A stretch of DNA of 64,000 bases from an uncultured Candidatus Saccharibacteria bacterium (GCA_964436545.1 CAYTCJ010000003.1:3168-67167), one strand, 5' to 3'. Positions 48,328-58,983 are shown, counted from the first letter of the stretch. The notes: generated by a model from the sequence alone, not told the origin. A program made the numbers and translations.

Positions 48328-48924
48328 ATGGAAAATTATTCCACAATTTTTGTTTTATCCGCTGTGCGTTTAAACAGCGAGGGTGAATTTCCCAATTTTG
48401 AACCCAGCCCACAAAACCCTGAGCAAGAAATTTATACCGGTGGAGGTGTGAGAATGGAAGCTATGCGTCAGTTTTCAAATTTACACCCACAAACCCAAAT
48501 AATTACCGTAGGGGGTTTAGAAAGCGACCATCAAACACAGTTTTCTAAAGCGAAAGAAATGGCCGAGTGGTTAAAAAATAAAAATCCCCAAGCACAAGTT
48601 GCTTATATAGATTCCACAACTTCCACTCAAGGTAATTTACAAAAGATAGCCGAGTATTTATTAGAGAAGGGAATTTTGGCGGGTAGTTTTGCTCTATTAA
48701 CCAATGAGTATCATCAAGAGAGAATTCAAGCTTTGTGGGGTAAATTACAACAAGAATACTCAAACTTACCGGCATTAAATTTTATTACACCAAAGGCTCT
48801 GGAAGTATGGGAAGTAGTTAGTGAAGATGACCCCAGGTATTTACACAGGAAAGAAATGGAAAGGCAAGGGATAGATAAAATTCATAGCGGGGAATATGTG
48901 AGTTTTCGTGAAAAAAGGCTTTAA
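48328..48924 (+). CDS. YdcF/DUF218-like protein
   Basis: TVGG, S.AKEM, STSTQGN, TNEYH..R. Confidence 0.7.
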   Translation: MENYSTIFVLSAVRLNSEGEFPNFEPSPQNPEQEIYTGGGVRMEAMRQFSNLHPQTQIITVGGLESDHQTQFSKAKEMAEWLKNKNPQAQVAYIDSTTSTQGNLQKIAEYLLEKGILAGSFALLTNEYHQERIQALWGKLQQEYSNLPALNFITPKALEVWEVVSEDDPRYLHRKEMERQGIDKIHSGEYVSFREKRL

Positions 48925-48948
48925 CTTTAAGATAAAAAATTTTAAATT

Positions 48949-49839
48949 ATGCCCAATCTATATCAGCCCAGAGAATCATATCCTGTAAGGCCACCGGTTT
49001 TAAGACTGGGTGATGGATTAAGCTTGCCAGAAGCGAGAGTAGCTAACAGTAGGCCACAGGAAAAAGCCTTTATTGGCAAACCCTATCCAATGGTGGAAGT
49101 GTAAGCGGATTTAAGCAGAGTAGTCAGTTTAAAAGCCAGAATGGAAAGAGACACAAAGCAGGAAGGTCATGTATTAGAAGGCGTGGTGGCTAAGGGTATA
49201 AACGATTTTAAATGGTTAGGACCACATGCAGTTTGGAATCAGACCACAGAATTTGATGACATAGTTAACGGGGTTGATGGCGTAGTGGAATTTCATTCAG
49301 GACCAGATAAACATAATTCTATGTGGGCTTTAGCAATAGATGTAACCGAAAACTCCGGAAGAATTTTGGGTAAAGGCATAAGACCAAAATTAGGGGAAAT
49401 TAAAGCCGGTTTACAGAGTGGGGAAATGGGCAAAGTAAAATATTTTCGTCCGAATCGGCCGGGTTTACAAATGAGAGGCGAATGGCGAGGTTTGCCCAAA
49501 ATGTTGTTAGTGGGTTCGGGAAATTTAGAGGAGCTTCAAAGGCTTAAGAGACATCAACAACAGGCGTCGGGAGCATTAGAAAAAGACCCCGTCGCTATGG
49601 ATTTATTAATTCAACTGCGGATACAAGCTCAAGTGTATGCAGAATATTGCCGAAGTTTGGGTAAAAATCACTCCGCTGTAATCTTTAAAAATATAGATGA
49701 AAAATTAGAACAAATTTTTAAAACTAAATTTCCAGAGGCAGTTTATCATTCCAAGGATTTTGCCACTAACCCAAATGATTTAGGGTTGTTAAGCGCCTTA
49801 AGTGATTTAGGGTATAAAGTAGATGCAGTAAAGTTATAG
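48949..49839 (+). pseudogene. Hypothetical gene split by a single in-frame TAA at 49102-49104
   Basis: ATG 48949 is in frame with the 49141 ORF, with only one stop between them. Confidence 0.6.
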
Positions 49840-49842
49840 CCT

Positions 49843-51288
49843 ATGAGCAAAGCGTTAATTTATAGAAGTATATTGTTTACCGCTTTGGCGGTTTTTATAT
49901 TTTTATTTTCAGCCAGTAAACCGCATGGGCCGGCGGTAGAACATTATTCGTATTTTAGCCAAGCGGAGTTTTTTGAGGAAGCGTATGCTATGGCAGGCAA
50001 TAGCCAAGGTGAGCCGGTTTTTAAAGGCATCATTGTTAACCATCACCTATTAGCCAAACAATTTATAGCTGAAGCGTTTAAACAGGTTGCCACAACCGCA
50101 CCAATAACTGTGCTTTTAGTTAGTCCGAATCATTTTGCCACCGGAAAGTTTCCCATAATTACCTCCGGTGCGGTTTGGAAAACTCCGTTTGGGGATTTGG
50201 AACCGGATACAGGGTTGATAAATCAGCTTACTACAAAAGGGTTGGTCAGTTTAGAAGAACAACCGTTTGAGCAAGAACATGGGGTAAGCGGGATAGTGGG
50301 ATTCATTAAAAAATCTTTGCCCAATGCCAAGCTGGTGCCCATAATTGTTAAAGACCGGTTAAGTTTAACATCAGCGAAAAAAATTGCTAATCAGTTGCAT
50401 CAAATTTTGCCAAATCAACAGTGGATGGTAGTGGGCTCGTTTGATTTTTCCCATTATTTAACCAGTCGAGCCAGTGACTTTCACGATGCGCAAAGTTTAG
50501 CGGTTTTGGAAAATTTGGATTTTAATAAATTAAAAACTTTAGATGTAGATTCTCGGCCGGGTTTGGCTGTATTTTTAGAATTGATGCGGTTAGCCTCAGC
50601 AAATAAGTTTACTCTGTTTAAGCAGAGTAATTCCGCGAAGTTGGTTAGACAAGATATTTTAGAAAGCACGAGTTATCTTACCGGTGGGTTTAGTGTAGGA
50701 GAAAATCAACCACAGCCGATTGATACTTTGTTAAGCCTGGGTAATGTGGCGGGGTATAATTCTAAAATTTCTTTAGAATTCATAAACCGGTTATTCTGGG
50801 GACAAGATTATACGTTAAGTTTTGTATCTGACTCTGCATCAAATGTATTTTTAACAAGAGAGATTGAGAAGACATTGGAAAATATTATTTACAAACAGTT
50901 AGGAAATAACAGAATTGCTTTGGTGAATGGTAAAAAAGTATCAGATGAGGTTTTGTTTCAAGTGGTTAAACATGGGGTAAGTATGGTAATTTGCCAAGGT
51001 GCCAAAGCAAATAAAGTGGAAATTTATGAAAACGTTCCCATTATTTACGCCCAAGGTAATTTATTAGATGAAAATCCCATTTCCCCTGTAGGTCGGAGTT
51101 TAGCTGTGGGCGTAGTAAGTAAAGCAAGTAAGTTAGAAGTATATCTTTTGCCTATGGGGGTAAAAGATAACCAAATTCAGTTGCTGATTGGCAAGGAAAA
51201 TGATACAGTATTAAGAGAAATGGCCAATAATTCTAGGGTGCCAGAAGATATAAAAATCAGGATACAAAAAGGAATAATTAATTTTTAA
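49843..51288 (+). CDS. MEMO/AmmeMemoRadiSam protein B domain with a degenerate CapA-like C-terminus, N-terminal anchor
   Basis: NHHL, SPNH, TPFG, EHG, S.DFSHY, D..S; C-terminal VEIYENVPIIYAQGN. Confidence 0.8.
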   Translation: MSKALIYRSILFTALAVFIFLFSASKPHGPAVEHYSYFSQAEFFEEAYAMAGNSQGEPVFKGIIVNHHLLAKQFIAEAFKQVATTAPITVLLVSPNHFATGKFPIITSGAVWKTPFGDLEPDTGLINQLTTKGLVSLEEQPFEQEHGVSGIVGFIKKSLPNAKLVPIIVKDRLSLTSAKKIANQLHQILPNQQWMVVGSFDFSHYLTSRASDFHDAQSLAVLENLDFNKLKTLDVDSRPGLAVFLELMRLASANKFTLFKQSNSAKLVRQDILESTSYLTGGFSVGENQPQPIDTLLSLGNVAGYNSKISLEFINRLFWGQDYTLSFVSDSASNVFLTREIEKTLENIIYKQLGNNRIALVNGKKVSDEVLFQVVKHGVSMVICQGAKANKVEIYENVPIIYAQGNLLDENPISPVGRSLAVGVVSKASKLEVYLLPMGVKDNQIQLLIGKENDTVLREMANNSRVPEDIKIRIQKGIINF

Positions 51289-51291
51289 ACT

Positions 51292-53127
51292 ATGGAACAA
51301 ACACCAACAGGTCAAAATCCCAATAATCAACCTATCATTTCCCCCGAAAACCCTTCCCAGCCAAGTAAAAAAACTTGGGGGATAGTTGGCGGAGTGGTAG
51401 TTTTGGTGTTGGTGGGTTTAGCTTTAGGTTATGGGCAATATAAAAAACAGTTAGCCAATAATTTATTAAACCCAGCCAACCGGCCTAACAATATTAAAGT
51501 AGTGGATAATCCTTTTGATACTGCCAATCCGGTTACTAATCCGGAAAATCAACTGCCTCCTTTTGCGGAGAATCCGGCCATTTTAGACCCGCTTTCGTAT
51601 TCGCGTTGCAAAAATTTTGGTGCAACTTTAGCCAGTAAATCCGGTTTAATCGTTTGGCAAAAACCGGAGTTATTGGCGGATGTAAAAATCTTTCAATCGG
51701 CTGTCGGACCGGACAATACGGAAGTTTATAGTGATTATGGTAGTGACTATAGTTATAAAGTCGGGCATTTTACTTCCGGGCAGTTTAAGGGAGGTGATTT
51801 ACTGCTTACTTATATTACTTACAATGCTCCCGGTCGGCCGGTAGTGTATCGAATCGTTAAGCAAGACAATCTTTACACGGTTTTAAGTAAGTATTCGGAA
51901 AGTTTGCCAGACGCTAAATACACTCCACCTCAAGTTAAATTGGCAGTTGACCCCAGTTTTGAATTGGCGGATTTGAATTTCCCCGCCAATTTACAAGCGG
52001 AAAATCCCAAGTTGAGCTTGGAAGCCGTGAGTTCCATAGCCTTTTTTAAAAGTGGCGGTGAATTTTTTTGCCAAGATGGTTTAGTTAAAATATTTTCAGA
52101 CCCTCAGGTCGGTGATGTTTATACCATGACGGAACCGAAGATTGAAACGCCAATATTTCCTAAGTTTGGTTTTTATGTAAAATCTCCGGACAGCACGGTG
52201 CAGTATTATAAAATGGGCGTTAGTTTTATGGGTCAAAATAAAGTGCCCTTAATTACTTGGAAAAATGGAGAAGCAAATACTAAAGAATATGATAATGCTC
52301 ATGTGGGCGGGTGCGGAGCCGGTGAATTTTTGGCGGTTAGAGACATTCCAGCCGACCAATTAACTCCCGCAGGAATGACTTTTGACGGTCAAACGGTTTA
52401 TGTTTATAAAGATAGTCAAACTACTGCCCTTAAAGATTTATATGAGGGGATGTTTGTGCCGGAGGGAAAAACTAAAATGACTTATCAGACCTTTGTGAAT
52501 TCTCGGCCAATTTTTTTCTGGCAAGATCCTTTGGGCAGAATGGTGGAATTTAAATCCAGAGATTACCAGCCTTTGGCTGAATGTGGCAAGCCGGTGATTT
52601 ATTTATACCCAACAGAGACGCAAAAAATTTCCGTAAAAGTTGAACCTCAAGGCGGTATGAGCGTATCGATTCCCGCTTACCACCAAGGCTGGGAGGTGGA
52701 GTCAGATCCGCAAAGTAAAATAAAAAATTTAGCCGACGGCTTAACCTACCCTTATTTGTTCTGGGAAGGCAGAGGGGGAATTTACCAGACACCGGAAAAA
52801 GGGTTTGTGGTAAGTAAGGCCGAGGTAAATAACTTTTTACACGAAAAATTGCATCAATTAGGGTTAAATGCGCAGGAAACCGCTGACTTTATGGAGTTTT
52901 GGTATCCCAAGATGCAAAGTAGTCCTTACTATTTTATAACTTTTCTGGGTAATTCGGCCATGGATGAATTAGCGCCTTTAACCATTACACCTAAACCTGA
53001 CACTATCATTCGAGTATTAATGGATTTTGTGCCGTTAGAAAAACCCATTCGTGCGTCGGGATTTAAGATTCGCACGCCGGAACGAAAAGGGTTTACCGTG
53101 GTGGAGTGGGGCGGAGTCTTAAAATAG
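51292..53127 (+). CDS. Membrane-anchored hypothetical protein with a C-terminal KPVIYLYP-type domain
   Basis: N-terminal TM; KPVIYLYP, YLFWEG, DFMEFW, VVEWGG. Confidence 0.75.
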   Translation: MEQTPTGQNPNNQPIISPENPSQPSKKTWGIVGGVVVLVLVGLALGYGQYKKQLANNLLNPANRPNNIKVVDNPFDTANPVTNPENQLPPFAENPAILDPLSYSRCKNFGATLASKSGLIVWQKPELLADVKIFQSAVGPDNTEVYSDYGSDYSYKVGHFTSGQFKGGDLLLTYITYNAPGRPVVYRIVKQDNLYTVLSKYSESLPDAKYTPPQVKLAVDPSFELADLNFPANLQAENPKLSLEAVSSIAFFKSGGEFFCQDGLVKIFSDPQVGDVYTMTEPKIETPIFPKFGFYVKSPDSTVQYYKMGVSFMGQNKVPLITWKNGEANTKEYDNAHVGGCGAGEFLAVRDIPADQLTPAGMTFDGQTVYVYKDSQTTALKDLYEGMFVPEGKTKMTYQTFVNSRPIFFWQDPLGRMVEFKSRDYQPLAECGKPVIYLYPTETQKISVKVEPQGGMSVSIPAYHQGWEVESDPQSKIKNLADGLTYPYLFWEGRGGIYQTPEKGFVVSKAEVNNFLHEKLHQLGLNAQETADFMEFWYPKMQSSPYYFITFLGNSAMDELAPLTITPKPDTIIRVLMDFVPLEKPIRASGFKIRTPERKGFTVVEWGGVLK

Positions 53128-53151
53128 ATAAAAGTTAAAAACTAAAAAGGT

Positions 53152-55008
53152 TTGGAGGTAAAAAATCGTGTGGTTAAAACAAATACTTATCATCAAAAAT
53201 CAAAACTAGTAAAAACCGGTGCCGGATTTACCATTATAGAGCTGGTTGTGGGACTGGCGGTATTCGCACTTTTGGCCAGCGGAGTGATTGCCGCGTTTTT
53301 AGCTTTGTCCACCACAGTTAAACAAGCAAGGGAAAAAACCGTGCTCGCATCTTTGGCCTCCAGCAACTTAGAAGTGGTGCGCAATATGCCGTATAGCCAA
53401 ATTGGCACATTGAATGGCAATCCGGTTGGCACTTTATTGGATTTGGCTAATGCCACGACGACTAAAATTGAAGGCTTTACTTATAAAATATATTACGAAG
53501 TAACTTATATAGATGATCCGGCCGATGGTACTGTGGGCGGAACTCCCAACGATACGGCGCCGGCAGACTACAAGCAAGTAAAAATGAGTGTGCAAAATGT
53601 GCAAACCGGCATTGTGACCGATTTTTTAACCAATGTTGTGCCCAAAGGTTTGGAAGGCACCACGAATGCCGGTGCTATTCGGATTAAAGTTTTCAATTTT
53701 GCCGGTCAGCCGGTAAGTGGGGCGGATATCCGCATACAAAGGCCCACTTCCACTCCCACCTTAATATTAGATAGGCAAACCGACAGTAGTGGTCAGTGGA
53801 CCGAAGTTGGGCTTCCCGCTGACATTAATAATTATCGGATTGTGGTGAGTAAAACGGGTTATAACTCGGACCAAACTTACCCCATTACCGCTGAAAACCC
53901 CAATCCCACTAAGCCGGATGCCACGGTAATCAACGGACAAGTGACGGAAATCAGTTTTAGTATAGATTTATTAGCTAATTTAACTATTAAAACTTTAAAT
54001 GAATATTGTCAGAATTTAAGCGGAGTGAATGTGAATATTCGGGGCGACAAGCTAATTGGTACTAATCCGTTTGTGTATAAATTTAATAATAATTTTACTT
54101 CCGCTTTGGGACAAATTGCCCTCACGAATCTGGAGTGGGATACCTATACGCCGACACTTTTGACGAATCAAAATTTGGTGGTGCGAGGCACTTCGCCCAT
54201 CCAAAAAATTGATGTGCTCCCCGGCAGTAGCCAAACTTTTACCATGATTTTAAGTCCGAATTCCACAGCCAATAGTTTTTTGGTGATTGTCAAAGACAGT
54301 GCCACGAACGCGGCTTTGGAAAATGCTTTGGTGCATTTACAAAAAGGCGGAAGTGAACCTCAAGATTATTACGGGGTTACCGGGGGGAGTGTGTGGACGC
54401 AAAACAGTTGGACCGGTGGGAGTGGGAGTAGTGTTTGGTCCACAACTTCCCCGAGCGTGTACTATGCCGATGATGGCAATATAGACGTCAATTCCAATCC
54501 AACCGGAGTGAGACTCAAAAAAACCAGTGGGAGGTATGCGTTAAGCGGGTGGCTGGAGAGTGCAGTTTTTGATTCGGGGACTGACAGTAGTAATTTTACT
54601 ACCATCTCTTGGGAACCAACCAGTCAAACCGCTAATACCACGCTGAAATTTCAATTGGCTACTGCCAATGCTTTAGAGGGTCCGTGGAATTATTTGGGCC
54701 CCGATGGGACGGCAAATACTTATTATACTACCTCGGGTAATAATATTTCCTCTGCCCACGATAACCAACGCTACATTCGCTATAAAGCTTTTTTAGCTAC
54801 CACGGATGATAAAAAAACCGCAGTGTTAACCGGAATCAGTTTAAACTATGTTTCGGGTTGTTTTACTCCCGGACAAGTGTATTTTGGCGATTTAACTTCG
54901 GGAAATAATTATGATTTGGAAATTAGTTTAGATGGATACCAAAATTTTGAATTAGACAATAACACCATAGATGGCGATGATGTTTTGGAAGTTTTTTTAA
55001 GCCCATAG
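53152..55008 (+). CDS. Prepilin-type N-terminal methylation domain protein with Ig/carboxypeptidase-regulatory-like repeats
   Basis: G|FTIIELVVGLAVFALL class III signal; exact start uncertain. Confidence 0.85.
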   Translation: MEVKNRVVKTNTYHQKSKLVKTGAGFTIIELVVGLAVFALLASGVIAAFLALSTTVKQAREKTVLASLASSNLEVVRNMPYSQIGTLNGNPVGTLLDLANATTTKIEGFTYKIYYEVTYIDDPADGTVGGTPNDTAPADYKQVKMSVQNVQTGIVTDFLTNVVPKGLEGTTNAGAIRIKVFNFAGQPVSGADIRIQRPTSTPTLILDRQTDSSGQWTEVGLPADINNYRIVVSKTGYNSDQTYPITAENPNPTKPDATVINGQVTEISFSIDLLANLTIKTLNEYCQNLSGVNVNIRGDKLIGTNPFVYKFNNNFTSALGQIALTNLEWDTYTPTLLTNQNLVVRGTSPIQKIDVLPGSSQTFTMILSPNSTANSFLVIVKDSATNAALENALVHLQKGGSEPQDYYGVTGGSVWTQNSWTGGSGSSVWSTTSPSVYYADDGNIDVNSNPTGVRLKKTSGRYALSGWLESAVFDSGTDSSNFTTISWEPTSQTANTTLKFQLATANALEGPWNYLGPDGTANTYYTTSGNNISSAHDNQRYIRYKAFLATTDDKKTAVLTGISLNYVSGCFTPGQVYFGDLTSGNNYDLEISLDGYQNFELDNNTIDGDDVLEVFLSP

Positions 55009-55033
55009 CGGGCAAGAAGTAAGTAGTAAGTTT

Positions 55034-55699
55034 ATGAATAAAGAAGTTAGCGTCAAATTTAATAAGTCAATTGTTAAAGGTCAATGGTTAAGTGTTAACC
55101 GAGGTTTTACTTTGGTAGAACTGATTGTCGCTTTGTTTGGGTTTGTTATTTTAGTGTTCGGGGTGGTGGCTTTGGTGAGTAATGTGTTTTTTGCTTCCAC
55201 AAAGCAAGCCAATTTATTAGCCGACTCCGATTCAGCCAGAAGTTTAAGTAATAAAATTATTAATGAATTACGAAATGCCAGTTTATCGGCAGTGGGGGCT
55301 TATCCGTTAGATACCGCCGGAGCGCAAAGTTTAATTTTTTACAGCAATGTAGATACCGATGCGGATATGGAACGAGTTCGGTATTTTGTGCAGAACGGTA
55401 AGCTCCTTAAAGGTATAATTAACCCTAGCGGAAATCCTTTAAGTTATAATTCCGCAAACGAAAGAATTCTCACTGTGCAGGATAATTTAGCCAATGGCAA
55501 TAGCCCGCTGTTTTATTATTACAACGGTGCCTATACGGGTAAAGAAGCCCCTTTAGCCCAGCCGTTAAATGTAACAGAAGTTAAAACCGTAAAAATGGAT
55601 TTACGAATTTTAAATAAAGCCGGAGTCACGAACACTAACTATTATTCTGTGGTAACCAGCGGAGTGATGCGAAGTTTAAAAACGAATTTAGGAGAGTGA
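55034..55699 (+). CDS. Minor pilin/pseudopilin (PilW/PulJ-like)
   Basis: G|FTLVELIVALF; ELRNA. Confidence 0.88.
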   Translation: MNKEVSVKFNKSIVKGQWLSVNRGFTLVELIVALFGFVILVFGVVALVSNVFFASTKQANLLADSDSARSLSNKIINELRNASLSAVGAYPLDTAGAQSLIFYSNVDTDADMERVRYFVQNGKLLKGIINPSGNPLSYNSANERILTVQDNLANGNSPLFYYYNGAYTGKEAPLAQPLNVTEVKTVKMDLRILNKAGVTNTNYYSVVTSGVMRSLKTNLGE

Positions 55700-55710
55700 G
55701 CAGGAAGCAT

Positions 55711-55771
55711 GTCCCGCAAAGCGGGATCCCTGCCTTGTCGGCAGACAGGCGCCTTTGGCGGAAATTATGAA
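55711..55771. repeat. Filled version of the 39141 repeat, carrying a 21-bp CCTGCCTTGTCGGCAGACAGG insert (55729-55749)
   Basis: Direct alignment with 39141-39180. Confidence 0.85.
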
Positions 55772-55800
55772 TAGAGAATAGAGAATAGAGAATAAAGCAA

Positions 55801-57285
55801 ATGACAAAAATGAACAAAATTAATAAAAATGAACAAAAATTAAAATCTCCATATTTTCGGCGTTTTTGTCATTTTTTTAATTTTTGTCATTGCCAAAAAG
55901 GCAGTGTGTTGATTTTTAATGTGGTGTTGATTTTTATTTTTTCCACCGTGATGCTCGGGGTTTTGTCTTACGCGGTCATTCAACTCAGGGTGATTCGGGG
56001 GAGTGTGAATAGAGAACTGGCGTTTCAAATTGCCGAAGCCGGAGCGAATTATTATCAATGGCGGTTGGCGCATTTTCCCACCGATTATTACGACGGCAAT
56101 GCTTCCACTACCCCAGGACCCTATGTGCATAATTTTTTAGATACTGACACTAACCAAAAATTAGGTGAGTATAGTTTACAAATTATTCCGCCACCGGTTG
56201 GCTCAACTGTAGTAACTATTAAATCTACCGGTTATACTTTGGATAATCCAAACCAAAAACGCACTATTACAGTGCGTTATGGGGTGCCCTCTTTGGCCAA
56301 ATATGCGTTTTTAACCAATACCGATGTCTGGATAGGGAACACCGAAACTATAAATGGCGAAATGCATGCTAACGGTGGTATTCGGTTTGATGGCATTGGC
56401 AATGCCCCGATTAAATCCGCTAAGCCGAATATTCCGCCGGGGCCGGGGTATCAATGTTATTGGTATCACGGGTGTAGTAATCCGTTTCAATGGAAGCCGG
56501 GGATTTGGGGGAGCGCCGCGACTTCTACCAAAAATTATTGGAAGATGTCAGAACCGAATGTGGATTTTACTACCATTACGGCTGACTTGCAAACGCTAGA
56601 GAGTTTGGCCGATGGGCAGGCCGATATTCCACCATCTAATGCCCAAGGTTATTCTTTGGTGTTTAATGCCAATGGCACGGTGAGCGTTTATAAGGTAACT
56701 TCCTTAAGAGCGCACCAGACCGGTTGGGACGTGAATAACGTAGCCCACAATGAAGATTTAGACTATCAAAATCGAAGTTTTCAATACACCATGAACCTTC
56801 CCACCAATGGGGTAATTTTTGTGAAAGATCATGTGTGGGTGGAAGGCGTGGTAAACGGCCGGGTGGTAGTGGGAGCCACCAAGTATTCCACCAATCCCAA
56901 TTTGCAGGCGAGAATTTTAATTCCCAATAACTTAACTTATTTAGCCAAAGATGGCAACCATAGTTTAGGTTTAATTGCGGAAAAAGATATTTTAATTACA
57001 TATTATGCGCCGAGCAATTTGGAAATTAATGGCGCTTTAATTGCGCAAAAAGGCAGTGCGCAAAATTATTATTTTCCCAATAACACTAAAACTTCAATAA
57101 ATATTTTTGGTTCAGTGGCCAGTTTTGGAGTATGGACTTGGAGTTGGGTAAATGGCAGTAATCAATGCACTAGTGGATATTGCTCTACTGCCACCACTTA
57201 TGATGCCAATTTATTGTATTATCCACCTCCCTCGTTTCCTTTGTCCAGCGAAGGGTATAGACAGTTAAGCTGGAGTAGTGACTGA
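55801..57285 (+). CDS. PilX-like minor pilin
   Basis: QKG|SVLIF hydrophobic helix without Glu5; AFQIAEAG. Confidence 0.8.
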   Translation: MTKMNKINKNEQKLKSPYFRRFCHFFNFCHCQKGSVLIFNVVLIFIFSTVMLGVLSYAVIQLRVIRGSVNRELAFQIAEAGANYYQWRLAHFPTDYYDGNASTTPGPYVHNFLDTDTNQKLGEYSLQIIPPPVGSTVVTIKSTGYTLDNPNQKRTITVRYGVPSLAKYAFLTNTDVWIGNTETINGEMHANGGIRFDGIGNAPIKSAKPNIPPGPGYQCYWYHGCSNPFQWKPGIWGSAATSTKNYWKMSEPNVDFTTITADLQTLESLADGQADIPPSNAQGYSLVFNANGTVSVYKVTSLRAHQTGWDVNNVAHNEDLDYQNRSFQYTMNLPTNGVIFVKDHVWVEGVVNGRVVVGATKYSTNPNLQARILIPNNLTYLAKDGNHSLGLIAEKDILITYYAPSNLEINGALIAQKGSAQNYYFPNNTKTSINIFGSVASFGVWTWSWVNGSNQCTSGYCSTATTYDANLLYYPPPSFPLSSEGYRQLSWSSD

Positions 57286-57377
57286 AAACATTAAAACAAT
57301 TATCATTCTAACATTCTAACAAAGCAGAAATCCGCAGGCGTTAAGATCTTTATATGTTAAGAAGTTAGAATGATAAG

Positions 57378-57761
57378 ATGTTAAAATTTTTTATGACGAA
57401 ACATATGTACTATTTGGGTTTATTATTTGCGGTGTGGGTTTTTTTCTCACAGCCGGTTTTGGCAGTGCGTTTGGTGCCGGGGAGTGTGCCGACTACTACC
57501 CCGCTTCAGCCGATACCCGCAGGCAGTGTCCCCAATTATAGTGGCAATGTTAACTTTCAGGCTTTACCGGCTCCCGAAGCGGTTGACAAACCTCATGAGA
57601 ATCCGCAAGATAGCTTTAAGCCAACTAGTCCTCTTAAACCAGAGCCAGTGGATTTAACATCCGGACATCCAAGTAGTGGTAAAATTCAGTTGGGTCTAAT
57701 TGTGGCGGGGATTTTAGGCTTACTTTATGTGTATGTCAAATTCAAAAAAACTTTGCGTTGA
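57378..57761 (+). CDS. Small secreted Pro-rich protein with a C-terminal TM anchor
   Basis: Signal peptide, Pro-rich linker, TM followed by KFKK. Confidence 0.6.
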   Translation: MLKFFMTKHMYYLGLLFAVWVFFSQPVLAVRLVPGSVPTTTPLQPIPAGSVPNYSGNVNFQALPAPEAVDKPHENPQDSFKPTSPLKPEPVDLTSGHPSSGKIQLGLIVAGILGLLYVYVKFKKTLR

Positions 57762-58983
57762 GTGTGGAAAAAATCCGGTTCCGCATTTTTTATATTGGTA
57801 TTTTGAAAGTATAAATATTTTTTTTGGCCCCATCCGCCGATGGTTTTTAAACCAGTCGTGGTTTTATAGAGTAAGCTTACTGTCCAGTTATGGAAATTGG
57901 GCTCAAAAATTTTTTTGGTTGGGTAAGCAACTAAAAATAATTCGGGTGAATTGGGAAATGGCTCAATGTAAGATTCCGAGAGCCAAAGTTTTATGGGAAG
58001 AAGCAAAACAACGCGGAATAGTTATGGGAGAATTGCTTTTGTTCGGTAAATCTTTCGATACCTATATAGCGCAAAAAACAGAATTTTCAATTTTTAGTTC
58101 TCAATTTTTAAAAAAGGTAAAAAATCAAAACGACAAACTAAATAAAAGTAACACACTAATATTTAGTGGCTTACCCAGACCCCATAATTACTACAATTCA
58201 GCTTTGGATTGGATGGATGACAAGTGGTTATTGAAGCAAAAATTTCAAGCACTGAATTTGCCTGTGCCCGAAGGCGGGAGCGCCTTAACATTAAAGCAAG
58301 CTTTAGAAATCTTTAACCGAATTAGCAAGCCGGTAATTGTAAAGCCCAGAGCAGGAAGCCGAGGTCGGCACACCAGGATTTTTGTAAATACCCCAGAGCA
58401 GTTAGAAGTGGCAGTAAAATCGGCTAAAAAATTATGCGCCTGGGTGATGGTGGAAGAGCAGTTAAGGGGGCCCATTTATCGCGCCACGGTTATTAATTTT
58501 GAATTATGCGGAGTTTTAAGAGGTGACCAACCTTTGGTGGTGGGTGATGGACAACAGACCATTCGGGCATTGGTAGAGCAAAAAAATCGGCAGTTATCTT
58601 TACCGGTAAAGCCCATTGTGTTAGATAGCTACACGGAAAGATTTTTAAATTTACAAGGCTTATCTTTAAATTCGGTTTTGCCCGCAGGGCAAGTAATTAC
58701 TCTGTCTGAGAAAGTGGGCGTGAATTATGGCGGGTCTTCCAAAGAAGAATTGGCACTGTGCCATCCGGACACCCGTGAGTTATTTGTGCGAGCTGCGAAA
58801 GTTTTAAAGGAGCCGATTGTGGGTTTTGATTTTATTATTCCAGAGATTACCCAAACCTATAAAACCCAAAAGTGCGGGTTTATTGAAGCCAATAGTTTAC
58901 CGTTTATTAATTTACACCATACCCCACTATTGGGTGAACCGCAAAACGTGGCCAAAAAAGTTTGGGATATGGTGGGGATGTAA
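57733..58983 (+). CDS. ATP-grasp protein, cyanophycin synthetase/GshAB-like N-terminal half only
   Basis: DDKWLLK, PVP.G, VIVKP..GSRG, VGDG..TI..LV, GFDFI, EANSLP...H. Confidence 0.8.
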   Translation: MSNSKKLCVECGKNPVPHFLYWYFESINIFFGPIRRWFLNQSWFYRVSLLSSYGNWAQKFFWLGKQLKIIRVNWEMAQCKIPRAKVLWEEAKQRGIVMGELLLFGKSFDTYIAQKTEFSIFSSQFLKKVKNQNDKLNKSNTLIFSGLPRPHNYYNSALDWMDDKWLLKQKFQALNLPVPEGGSALTLKQALEIFNRISKPVIVKPRAGSRGRHTRIFVNTPEQLEVAVKSAKKLCAWVMVEEQLRGPIYRATVINFELCGVLRGDQPLVVGDGQQTIRALVEQKNRQLSLPVKPIVLDSYTERFLNLQGLSLNSVLPAGQVITLSEKVGVNYGGSSKEELALCHPDTRELFVRAAKVLKEPIVGFDFIIPEITQTYKTQKCGFIEANSLPFINLHHTPLLGEPQNVAKKVWDMVGM

